NCBI GenBank assembly: GCA_030390025.1
Contig: CM059428.1
Span: 168,516,001-168,580,000, forward strand
Length of the DNA: 64,000 nucleotides
From: Squalus acanthias
Taxonomy: Eukaryota
Direction: 5' to 3'
The translations under genes and the position numbers were made by a program. Position 1 is the first letter of the stretch. Every line of letters starts with the position of its first letter. The notes under the pieces are model-generated. The model searched no databases. It was not told where the DNA came from and worked only from the letters and a program-made list of their open reading frames with translations. Shown here in pieces: positions 12,501 through 24,500 of the stretch.

Positions 12501-15500
12501 TATATTCTCCAGAGTCTTCTAATTTTAAGGCTGTGAATAAGCAACTCAACACAGGGACCTTTTTGCTTCATTTCATGCTTGTCACTTGGGTGAAGCAGCA
12601 CAGACCCCTTTCTCCATTTGACTGGGGCATCAGGCTTGGTGACCTCACAGTGCAGAGTGACAGTACCGTCCTCTTCAACTTCCTGATTGTGAAGTTCTTT
12701 TTTGAAAAGTACAGGCAAGGCTGAGGGAGACAGTAATTTGCGATTATTTAGTTTAATTAACGTTAAAAATAACAGTAATTATGAGTCTCTTAATATCCAG
12801 CCAAAATTCAAAACAATTCTACTGAATATAATACAATATTCATTATTAATATAAATACATGCATATAAGCTCAAACAGGATGCAAAGAGAATACATTTGA
12901 ATTTTACTTTTAAAAGTAATTTCCTTACCATTTGTAATTTAAGCCCTTTACATGATCACAAACAACTCCTATCTAAATAATTTGTAATAATTTCAGCAAA
13001 CTCTCCCAGCTTGTTGATATAAATGTATTTTCATAGAAAGATATGCAGGTCAGGCTACTTGACAGGTGTTCCATGCCCATCCACTTACACACCATAACGG
13101 CAGGCAGAGGTGAACTCACCTCGCTTTTGTAAATTTTAAAATCACAGAGGCTAATTTCCCAAAGGAAGCTGGGCCGCAGATCCAATGAGACCATTAAGAT
13201 ACGTCTAACTAACTAGAATGTTGGATGCTTCCTTGGAAGCACCCTAATCACAATATGTCATGCTTTTGGTAGCAATGCCTGAAAGAAGGCATGCTATAGT
13301 GATCAACAACCAGCATTCCCTGATGGGCCACTGTAGGAGAAATTCCCTAAGAAATGCCTTAAATGTGTTCTCAAAATGTAGTCAGTAGTCAAACTGAAAG
13401 TTAGGAAAGAAAGGATGAATGATCATTTAGCCATGAAGGCTTATGCAAACAAAACATTCCTTGCCAGGGACAGAAGAATTCCTTGCCAGGGACAGAAGAT
13501 GACTTCAAGACCATAGGCTAGGAGGTGGTTTGGTAAAGAGGCCATAAATATGACCTGCCCTTTGTTAGCAAACACCTGAAACTAGGGAGTGAATGAATCA
13601 CCTAGCATGTTGAGGTACTGATGATTCACTGATTTGGAGGTCATCAAGGAAACCAACATGGTTCTGTGAGGTGATTGACACCAGAACAGCTGAACTCTTC
13701 TAACGCATGTGTCACTCAGATTGTTCAATAAAATCGAGGAGGTTTCTTTGGACATTAAGGATATAGGATAGTATTTTTGACACTAAAGTCAGTCTCAATT
13801 CTTAGTCTTCAGTTCTGGTTCTTTTATTGGTACATTCTCTAGTATATGTAGAAGGGAGTTTCTGTAAAATCAAAAAATGCATCTCGGACAGAGAGAGAAA
13901 AGGTTACAGAACTTAATTGTATGGCTGCACCAGCCAGATATAAGTATGTCACTTAGATATTCAAGTTTCAAGGGAGATGAGATTTAGGACAGCTAGTCCA
14001 GTTACAGCTACTAGCACAGAAGGCGAATTTACCCAAGAGGAACTTCTACAGATGGAGATTCATCACTTTGACGTCTCAGAAGGCTAACACATCATCCCAG
14101 AAGAAGGCGAGGCAATCAGTTCATCCAGGCCATCTCATAGGATGAAGTTGTATACATTCTATAAACATTGCTAACTCCAAGCATATAGACTTTAATTTAT
14201 TCAAAAGTTGGGTATCTAATGCACCTAAGCGAAATGCACTTGAAACTATGCATAGCTAAGTTCAAAGTTGTTCCGCATAGAATCATAGAATGGTTATAGC
14301 ACGGAAGGCGGCCATTCGAGCCTGTGCCCGTGCCGGCTCTCTGCAAGAGCACTTCAGCCAGTCCCACTCCCCCGCCCTTTCCCGTAGCCCTGCAAATTTT
14401 CTTCTTTCAGGTAGTTATCCAACTCCCTTTTGAAAGCAGTGATTGAGTCTGCCTACACCACCCTTTCAGGCAGTGCATTCCAGATCTTAACCACTCGCTG
14501 AATAAAAAAGTTTTTTCATACGTCGCCTTTGGTTCTTTTGCCAATCACCTTAAATCTGTGTCCTCTGGTTCTCGACCCTTCCACCAATGGGAACAGTTTC
14601 TCTCTATCTACTCTGTCCAGACCCCTCATGATTTTAGGAATGCTCCTCTGGGGTTCACACTTACGTAGGATTACACTGTCTACAGCACAGAAACATCTGT
14701 TGAAATCTATCCTCTCTTGGCTCCCTTATGACTAATAGATTTTTAATCTCCATTTACTAATCACTTAAGAGTGGATTTTGACTCCTGGACAGGAAGCCAG
14801 GGGAGCCAACGGCCTTCCCACACAAAAATCTCTGTGGGAGGCCTTGGCCGATTTTAACGGCCGGGGTTCACTTACATCCGACAGCTACCTGCCCAAAATG
14901 CACGTAAAGAGGTATCTGACCGGCTCTGAGCAAATTAAAATTGCAAGACCCATCGGCCACCTGCCAGCACTATGGTTAAGTCACAAAGCGGGGGTGGGGG
15001 GGAGGTGGGAAATCAAGGCCCTCCTGTCTCCAGTAAGGAAAGTTTTCCTCCCCACCAGGTTTTACTGAACGGGGCTCCTTAGTTGACCCCCTATGTTGTT
15101 AAAGTGCCATTTGATGTCTTAGGACCTCTATTAGCATATATTAATGAGACTTCCACCTGAGCAAGGCAGGCACCTCAGCCGTCTAAAAACAAAAGGGCAC
15201 AATTAAGATGGCGGTTGGCGGGAATCGAGTGGTAACAGGGCATTAAGTCTTTGCAAAGCTATTGCTACTGTGCACCTGACATGTTCCCGCCCAGTGGGTG
15301 GATTTTAAAATTCCCCTTTTGGTCTCTCTGCCTGTCAACTCTAGTTTAAATGAATCCCAACTGTTTTCATGTACTTACCCCAGTTTGATTACATTATTTT
15401 AGACTTACAGGCAAGCTACTGTGTTAGGAGGAATTAGGAGTAGAAATTGCCAGTTTTTTTGGGAGCAAGATATCGGCACATTCAGAGTGTGTGCCAGGTG

Positions 15501-18500
15501 CCAAAGACCCAAGGCTTGTCCCAATTTGAGCCTTTGGTCCCTCAGCTGAATAATTCCTGCGAGCTGCAGACACCAATCATGCAGACGGTTTAGGCTTGGC
15601 GCATGCTCCGTTCAGTTTCTAACCAATTTCGAAGAGCGGTCCTTAAACAGGCGTAAGGCTCCTCATTCGCATCTGCAAGGGGCCTAACACCTGTTTAAGA
15701 CGACCGTCAGGGACGCCTGAATGTCGCCAAAGCCAACATGGCCTGACAAAATTGGACTTTTTTGCTGCCATTTCATAACCAAAAAAACGGGTAAAACAAG
15801 GTCCAATTTCACCCCTACACAAAAGCAAAATACTGCGGATGCTGGAAATCTGAAATAGGGTCATCGACCTGAAACGTTAACTCTGTTTCTCTCTCCACAG
15901 ATGCTGCCTAACCTGCTGAGTATTTCCAGCATTCTCTGTTTTTATTTCCAATTTCACCCCCTCTGTCTCTTATAAAAACATAATTGTAATAATCAATTAG
16001 CAATCAGCACTAAAAAAACAATTTGTACAACTGTATTTATCAAGAAACTGGAAATCTTGATAGGATAAATGGGAAAATACAGAAAGCAGCACAAAAACCC
16101 TAGATAATGAAAATTCATAAAAGATTTCATTGCAATGAATAGTGATGGTTGTCCTACCCTTCACTTTTAAGGAGGCAGTAGTTTTCTGGTCCCCAGAATC
16201 ACAGGTATAGACTCCAGCATCTTCCGGTTTTAGGTTGTGAATAAGCAACTGAATGCTGGAACCTTTTTGCTTCATTTCATGCTTCTCACTTTGGTAGAGC
16301 ACCAAAGATCCCTTGCTCCATTCCACTGGGGCATCAGCTTTAGTAATCTCACAGTGCAAAGTGGCAGTACTAGCCTCTTCAGCTTCCACGTCCTTAAGCT
16401 CTTGTTTGAAATGCACAGGTAGAGCTAAAGGAAGACAGTGATTCAATTCATGGATTAGTCCAGAAACTGAAATTCTGTGGTTCTAAATATCCAGAACATA
16501 ATTCTATCTAGTTTCAAGAGAAAATAATTAATTCTAATCCATGGCATTTTTGTTTATTTCTTGATAATCTTTTCCTAAAAAAAACCTCATAGTACTACAG
16601 ATTGTACATGTCGTTCTTCAGGTTTTAAGGGGTACGACTTTACATAGGGGCGGGAATCGGGGGTCGAAGTGGGCGGAGATCCATCCAAGCCCCTGGAGTG
16701 TAAGATTTTACTGACGTGGAGGCCAGCGAGTGGGAATGGGATATCGCAGGGGGTGGGGTGGGGCGGGGCGGTGGTTTAAAGAGAACAGGTCACTGCCAGA
16801 GAAACAGTCCCTGGCAAGTCGAGAAGGGGAGTGGTTCGAATGATCGTGGTTGGCGGAGGGAGTGGGAAGCCTGCGGAAGAGGAGGCCCAAGATATCCATG
16901 TGGGGCCAAGTGGAGCCGGACCTTTTACAGATGTCAGTGTTTGGGTCTAATACCTGCCTCATTCCACCCCTACAAATATCCTTCCCAACCCCCGCCCGCC
17001 CCCCCAACGGAGTTAAAATTAATCCCAGAGATTTTAAAGCCAGAAAACAGGATTCAAACTTTAGATCCAGGAACAGAAAGTATTCTACCCACTCCAAATC
17101 CACTCCCTATATGTGTTAAATATTAAATATGGCAAAACTCTTGTTAATTAATCTAAATTAATCACACAAATAATCTTTCTCAAATATCCACTGGAAAGCT
17201 AAATTTGTTCTAATGGTAAAATGGTAGATTTTCAAGTATGTTTCATATTTTAATAGTTTACAGAATCATAGAATGATACAGCACAGAAGGTATTTCATCG
17301 TAATTTGGAATATAAATGTATGTACTTTATAAATAACCCTATTAAACTACCCTAAAATATTAGTCTTTTTTTGTTTTATTCCTATTAGTATAAAAGCCAG
17401 AAACTAGTGGCCAGACAAATGGGATCTTTTCTATGCTTAGCACTTGAGCAACAGGGTATAATGCACATTGGAGATGTTATTTTCTCCCACACTTAGTTTT
17501 AATTTCAACAACAGGATCTCCCATGGTGTTGCATTGTCTTTGTGATGTTTCTTTTTCTTTCTCTCCTCTTCTGCTTCTATCTCTCCCTTTCTTGTCTTTG
17601 ATGCCCTTGCTCCCAGCAAAGACCTTTACTCTCCCCTCATCTCGGTCATTCAGCCAGGTATGTTGTTTCCCCTCATATCTGCATTGTGGCCCCCCCCCCA
17701 TATTTGCTCCTTCAAGTCCAAGGGGTGCAGACTTGAGCATATCTGGTGCACAGGTGTTTTAGCCATCTATCACTAGAGACAGGCTAGACCACATCAAGCA
17801 CTACCAAGCCTCAATTTCCTCTATAGGTAATGAAACAGATTCCAACATTGAAAATAGATGTATCATATAGTAAGACAATTTCTTAATACCAGACATCTTA
17901 CATATAAAGTTACACAATTAGATTTTTATCATGCCTACATAAGAACACTCATTTTAAAGTCATTCATTGTAAGTGATTTGATAAGATGCAATACAAATAC
18001 AGATCTTTCTTCCTGTTTAACAGCATATATCCTTTAGAAATTCCTATACAAACTCATTTTTTCCCCAAACTGTGAAACAACTTACCTCCATCAGGCTTTA
18101 CTCTCTTCCAATTTACAAACTTGCTGTCACCAGACCACTACATCTTGATTGGAAGAGAAAATCAGGTCACTCTTTAGCACACCACTCCACAATGGACCGT
18201 GGAGGCTGAATTCAACATTTGCACGGAGATGCCATGGATTAGAATTAATTATTTTCGGGCCACTGTTTTTTTTAAAAAGTAGGATCTGGCAATAGCATGC
18301 TTCGTCGGGCAAGCTGCCTCATACTCTCCGCAGCTCGCCAGCTTTATGGAAATGAGGCCCGATGCTCAATATCGGGGGCACCTCAGGCCTCACTATTCTG
18401 GCGCAGGAGTTGTACCCTGTGCGCCACCCCCCCTCCCCCCGCACGGGCCGAAAATTGGAGACACCCGAATTTCTATACCGTGATCTTCCTTCAATGAGCT

Positions 18501-21500
18501 GGAGAAGATGGTGAGCACGGAAGAAACCATACAGCATTAAAATCCCTTAAGATTTAATTATGTCATGTAATGATTGTAGTCCTACCCTTTACTTTTAAGA
18601 AGGCCATGGCCAGCTGATCCCCTGAATCACAGGTATATTCGCCAGCATCTTCTGGTTTTAGGTTGTGAATATACAACTTATCGCTACAACCTTTTTGCTT
18701 CATTTCATGTTTGTTAATTGAGTGAAGTATCGAAGATCCTTTTTTCCACAGAACTGGAGCATAATTTTTAGCCTCCACGGTCCATTGTGGAGGGGTGTGG
18801 TAAGGTTATAAATAGTGACCTGATTTTCTCTTCCAATCAAGATGTAGTGGTTAGGTGACAGCAAGTTTGTAAATTGGAGGAGAGTAAAGCCTGATGGAGG
18901 TAAGGTGTTTCACAGCACAGTGAGATCGTGCTGTCTTCTTCAGCTTCCTTATTCTGAAGCTCTTGTTTGAAAAGTACAGGCAGGGCTAAGGATCACAGTG
19001 ATTTTATTTAATATAAGATGAAAGGTCAGGCCAATACCAAACCTTGCATTTCTGTAATGGTCTCAATAGCCAAAAATAATTCAACTAAGAATACTACATA
19101 CATTTTCGTATTTTGGTGCTAATTCATGGAATTATTGTAATAAGTATCCCAAATTTACAAACTGTCTTTATGTGGGAGAAATTCATTTCTTCGATGGCCT
19201 CTATTCATGATTTGATTTCATAGTATTTTGGCTTCCAAACACAACTGCAAGATAAAAGTCAGTTCTCGATATTTTCTAAATTCAAGTGTCATTTTTAATA
19301 GGTTTAACAGTGGTAACTGCCCATTCAGAAGTTTAGTGCCCTCCATCCCAAAACAATTTTGGTCCATGTTTGCAATTGTTATCACTAATTAATATAGCAC
19401 CTACAGGCGGTTTCTAAGACAACGTGATTACGTCTTCCCATTTTTTTATATTCATTCCTGGGATGTGGGCGTCACTGGCAAGGCCACATAAATTATTGCC
19501 TATCCCTAATTGCCCTTGAGAAGGTGGTAGTGAGCCACCTTCTTGAACCACTGCAGTCCGTGTGGTGAAGGTACTTCCACAGTGCAGTTAGGGAGGGAGT
19601 TCCAGGATTTTGACCCAGCGACGATGAAGGAACGGCAATATATTTCCAAGTTTTACAGTTGTTACACAGTACCTTTCATGTATTCTCAGGACTTTTTAAT
19701 AACATGAAAGAGTCAAAATAAAGTTTAAAATATAATTACTCCTTAATTTCAGAAAATGAATTGTCTTTATTATACAAGTGATAATTGTTTCAAAGCCAGT
19801 TTTCAAATCAGATTATCAAAATGGTCACAAATATATGACCTAAATTGATTTTTGAATGAAATTCACCTCTGCCTAACTGTTCCTTGCTCAAGAGAAGACT
19901 GACTTCCAATATTATACTACTTTATATGTTAAACTTTATGTAAGAGTAAAGTAAAGGCAATGGAATTCTATTTAGCATTTTAAATCATTCATTTTGCCAG
20001 GGAGAGAGCCATAAAGCAGGCAGAAACAAAGAGAGGAAGATATCAAAATTGCAAGAGGTGCAATGACATAAAAAATAAGAAAAATGAAAGAGCCCTATAT
20101 AAAATGAGTGGGAGGAATGAGTAGCACAAGTAAAAGTAAATGACAAAAGGATGGGAGAGAAAGGAAAGGTAAGAAAATAAGACACTGTAAAAAGAGAAAC
20201 TAAAAAGGACAAGAAGAATAAAAGGTAAGAGAAATATTACATTCAGTTCTCCTAATTCCATATACCCCTGCAAATTTATATAAAATCAACAGGACGTGTT
20301 CTGATTATAATTGTCCTGAAAAAATCATGTGAACTACTCTCTTCAGGCAGGCAATTGAATTATATAGTCAGTCTTGATGCTCCAGGAGAATGTTTATAAG
20401 TGCTTACAAAAAAATCATAGGATTTAACTACTATAAGTAAAGTTGATTGTCCTACCCTTCACTTTTAAGCAGCTCTTCGTCTTTTTGTCGCCAGAATCAC
20501 AGGTATATTCTCCAGAGTCTTCTAGCTTTAGATGGTGAATAAGCAATTCAACACTGGAACCATTTTGCTTCATTTCATATTTGTCACTGGGATGAAGTAG
20601 AATAGATCCCATTCTCCACTCCACTGGGGCATCTGACTTAGTAAGCTCACAGCAAAGTGTGGCAGTATCTCCCTCCTGAGCTTCCATATTCTCAAGCTCT
20701 TTTTTGAAGTGCACAGGCAGGGCTAAGAGAAACAATAATTTCACTACTTAATTCAAGCGGAAGACGACGCAGGATCATAAATGACACAGGCACTATTCTC
20801 ACAGTTCTCCAATACCAAAACTCTAAACTCAGAAAAGCCTGACATTATTGTATTGATAAAGGAAATGCAGTGGATGTTATATATATTTGCAAGACACATT
20901 TCATAAGGTGCTGCATAGGAAGCACAGTGTATTAAATGGAGTGTGATTGCATGGATGGGAAGTTAGTTAAAGAACAGAACAATAAAAATTGCAATGGTTA
21001 ATGGATATTTTTTGCACTGGAGGAATATAAACAGTGGTGTCCCCCAGGGTCAGAGTTCAGATTGTTGCTCTTTTCAATATACGCAGATGATCAGGATTTG
21101 GGAATAGGGTACAAAGTTAAAAAGATATAAATAAATATCGGGAGTATTGTTAACTGTCAAGATGACAGTAAGTAACTACAGGAGGACATACATAGGTTAA
21201 TAAATTGAGCACAGATGTCAGATGAAAACCCTATTTCCACTGGTCAGTAAATTAGTAAGTTAAGGACGTGAATTTAAGATCATCGCCAAAAGAATAAATT
21301 GAGATGTTAGCAGGTTTTTTTTTTATTTAATGGGATGGTAGGAGATGGGTTTGCTGTGATGTTACAGCAGCAGAGTGGGAGAAGCTCTGAGGAAATTCCT
21401 GGTCAAAGACTCTGTTAAACAGCACCATACAAAAAAGCCATTTGCAATTACTGTGCAAGACTCCCAATTGGCTAATTTGTTGGTTCTACAGAAATCTGCA

Positions 21501-24500
21501 TTATTCCCAACTGCAATTCCACCCTTTCAATGCACTGCAGGTTACAAGGAGCTATCTCTAACCTTTGCTGATAGATTCCAGCCTACTAGGGATGATGTAA
21601 CGTCACTACATGACCCTCTGTTTAGGAAAGGTTTTGTTTGCCTTACCTTTTACTTTTAAGGAGGCAGTTGTCTGTTCATCCCCAGAGTCACAGGTGTATT
21701 CTCAGCATCTTCAAGTTTTAAGTCATGAATAATCAGCTCAACGCTAGAACCTTTTTGTTTCATTTCATATTTGTTATTGGGCTCAAGTAGCACAGATCCT
21801 TTTTTCCATTTTACAGGAGCATCAGGTTTGGTCAGCTCGCACTGCAATGTGGCAACACTCCCTTCTTTATGCTCTTTATTCTGAAGCTTCTTCTTGAAAA
21901 GCACTGGAAGCGCTAGAACAGTAAATTGAAGCAATTTCTTGATTAAGTGCCTCCAAAGAACTTCTTCACAGCTACATTTTATGAATTAGCAAATGTGTAT
22001 GCTCACTAGACAAGATGAAATAACTGTTCACATGAATAACAACTTATATATTTTCATACACAATTAAAATTATAGATAGATGCGCATGATTACAAGATTT
22101 CCTTGCACATATTAGATAAAATAAAGTTATTATGAAACATGCTGCCTTCCATATTTGAGCAACAAATGGTGAAACAAGAGAATTCTTACTCTCTCTTCTA
22201 ATAAAGCAATCCTCTACATTGGATTAGCCCCGTCATCCAACTGAAGAAAACAGATGGTCTTTATTTCCTTAAGAGCTTATGGTATCATTGTCAACATGAT
22301 GGTTTCCCTCCTCATACAGCCAACCATCTTAGCACCTGAGGTCACTTCTCAATTCTCTTCAGCTAAAGAGTCTGGCAATAGCAGCACAGCCAATGGAAGT
22401 GTTGTAAAAATAACAAATGCTAAATGAGGATTTTTTTATGGCAGTAATTAATCCCAAGATAATTATAGATAAAGAATATAATTCAGCCTATCTTAACTCA
22501 CCCTTCCAGAAAAACCTGAATGCTTCACAGCAATATAGAACTACTCTTCCCATAGAGTCATGGAATGTTACAGCACAGAAAGAAGCCACAGGGACGTTAT
22601 CAGACAAAATTTGATACCGAGCCGCATAGAGATATTAGGACAGGTGAATAAAAGCTGCTTGGTCAAAGAGGTAGATTTTAAGGAGCATCTTAAACGACGT
22701 CTCGCTCTCGCTGCACCAAGATCGACCTAACAAGAAGAAGTACCAGAGGAAGAAGCCGCTGAGCGGAGCAATCGAGACCGACTGCGTGTGGGGTCTGGCT
22801 AGTGTAGAGGCGGCGGACCTGGATGGAGCGGCTGCGGCGAGGCAGAGCAAATAAAAGAGGCGGCGGCGACCAGGTAGGCCCACAGAGGCGGCGGACCTGG
22901 GTGGAGCGGCTGCGGCGAGGCAGAGCAGATAAAAGAGGCGGCGTCGACCAGGTAGGCTTACCAATCTGAGCCCCGAGAGCGGGAGAGAGAGAAGTAAAAA
23001 ATAATCAAAGTGTGACGTCACCAGAAAGCAGGTAAGTGATTGGTTGGTGAGTATTTCTCTTTTTCCATACTTAAATTCTGTGGTTTATAGTTTCTAGAGT
23101 CTCTGTGGTGTAGCGGGGACTGCTGTTAAGCAAGGGGCCCTTGAGTATATCATTTAATTGATGTGAAATTGGTGGGATTCAATAAGTTTAATTTTAATTA
23201 ATTAATTAAAGGGTAAGTCATGGCAGGAGAGCTCGGTGCCGTGATATGCTCCTCCTGCTATATGTGGGAAATCAGGGACGCTTCCTGTATCCCTGACGAC
23301 CATGTGTGTGGGAAATGTATCCAGCTGCAGCTACTGACGGACCGCATTGCGGCGCTGGAGCTGCGGATGGATGCATATTGGAGCATTTGCGACGCTGAGA
23401 ACGTCGTGGATAACACGTTTAGCGAGTTGGTCACACCGCAGGTAAAGGGTGTACAGGCAGGAAGTGAATGGGTGACCACCAGGCAGAGTAAGAGGTGCAG
23501 GCAGGTAGTGCAGGGGTCCCTGTGGCCATCCCCCTCTCAAACAGATATACCACTTTGGATGCTGTTGGGGGGGGATGACTTATCAGGGGAAGGCGGCAGC
23601 AGCCAACTTCCTGGCACCATGGGTGGCTCTGCTGCACAGGCTGGGAGGAAAAAGTGTGGAAGAGCTATAGTGATAGGGGATTCAATTGTAAGGGGAATAG
23701 ATAGGCGTTTCTGCGGCCGCAAACGAGACTCCAGGATGGTGTGTTGCCTCCCTGGTGCAAGGGTCAAGGACGTCTCGGAGCGGCTACAGAACATTTTGGA
23801 GGGGGAGGGCGAACAGCCAGTAGTCGTGGTGCACATAGGCATCAACGATATAGGTAAAAAACGGGATGAGGTCCTAAAAGCAGAATATAGGGAGTTAGGA
23901 GGTAAATTAAAAAAGAGGACCTCAAAGGTAGTAATCTCAGGATTGCTACCAGTGCCACGTGCTAGTCAGAGTAGAAATAGGAGGATATTTCAAATGAATA
24001 TGTGGCTAGAGGAATGGTGCAAGGGGGAGGGATTCAAATTCCTTGGACATTGGAACCGGTTCTGGGGGAGGTGGGACCAGTACAAACGGGACGGTCTGCA
24101 CCTGGGCAGGGCCGGGACCAATGTCCTAGGGGGAGTGTTTGCTAGTGCTGTTGGGGAGGGTTTAAACTGAAGTGGCAGGGGGTTGGGAACCTGAGCAGGG
24201 AGACAGAGGAAAGGGAAACAAGGATAAAAGCTAAAGACAGGAAGGAGAAAAACAAAAGTAGAAGGCAAAGAACTCAACGGTTTAAATCAAACATGGTCAT
24301 AGTAAATAATAATTCATATAGGTCTGAAAGCGTTAAAAAAACAAGCCTGAAGGCTTTGTGTCTTAATGCAAGGAGCATTCGGAACAAGGTGGATGAATTA
24401 GCTGCGCAAATAGAGGTAAATGAATACGATTTGATTGGGATTACAGAAACATGGCTCCAGGGTGGCCAAGGCTGGGAACTCAACATCCAGGGTTATTCAA

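Noticed and set aside
18081-18205. Additional coding exon ending in GAG|GTAAGT on the minus strand
   Set aside because: All three frames contain stops between the nearest AG and the donor.
19985-20273. Hydrophobic membrane-protein-like ORFs (also 29820-30105 and 35227-35512)
   Set aside because: These are translations of a purine/pyrimidine-skewed intronic tract, and indels differ among the copies.
23220-24170. Host SGNH esterase gene
   Set aside because: An esterase domain is an established part of CR1 ORF1, and this one lies inside a bounded LINE.
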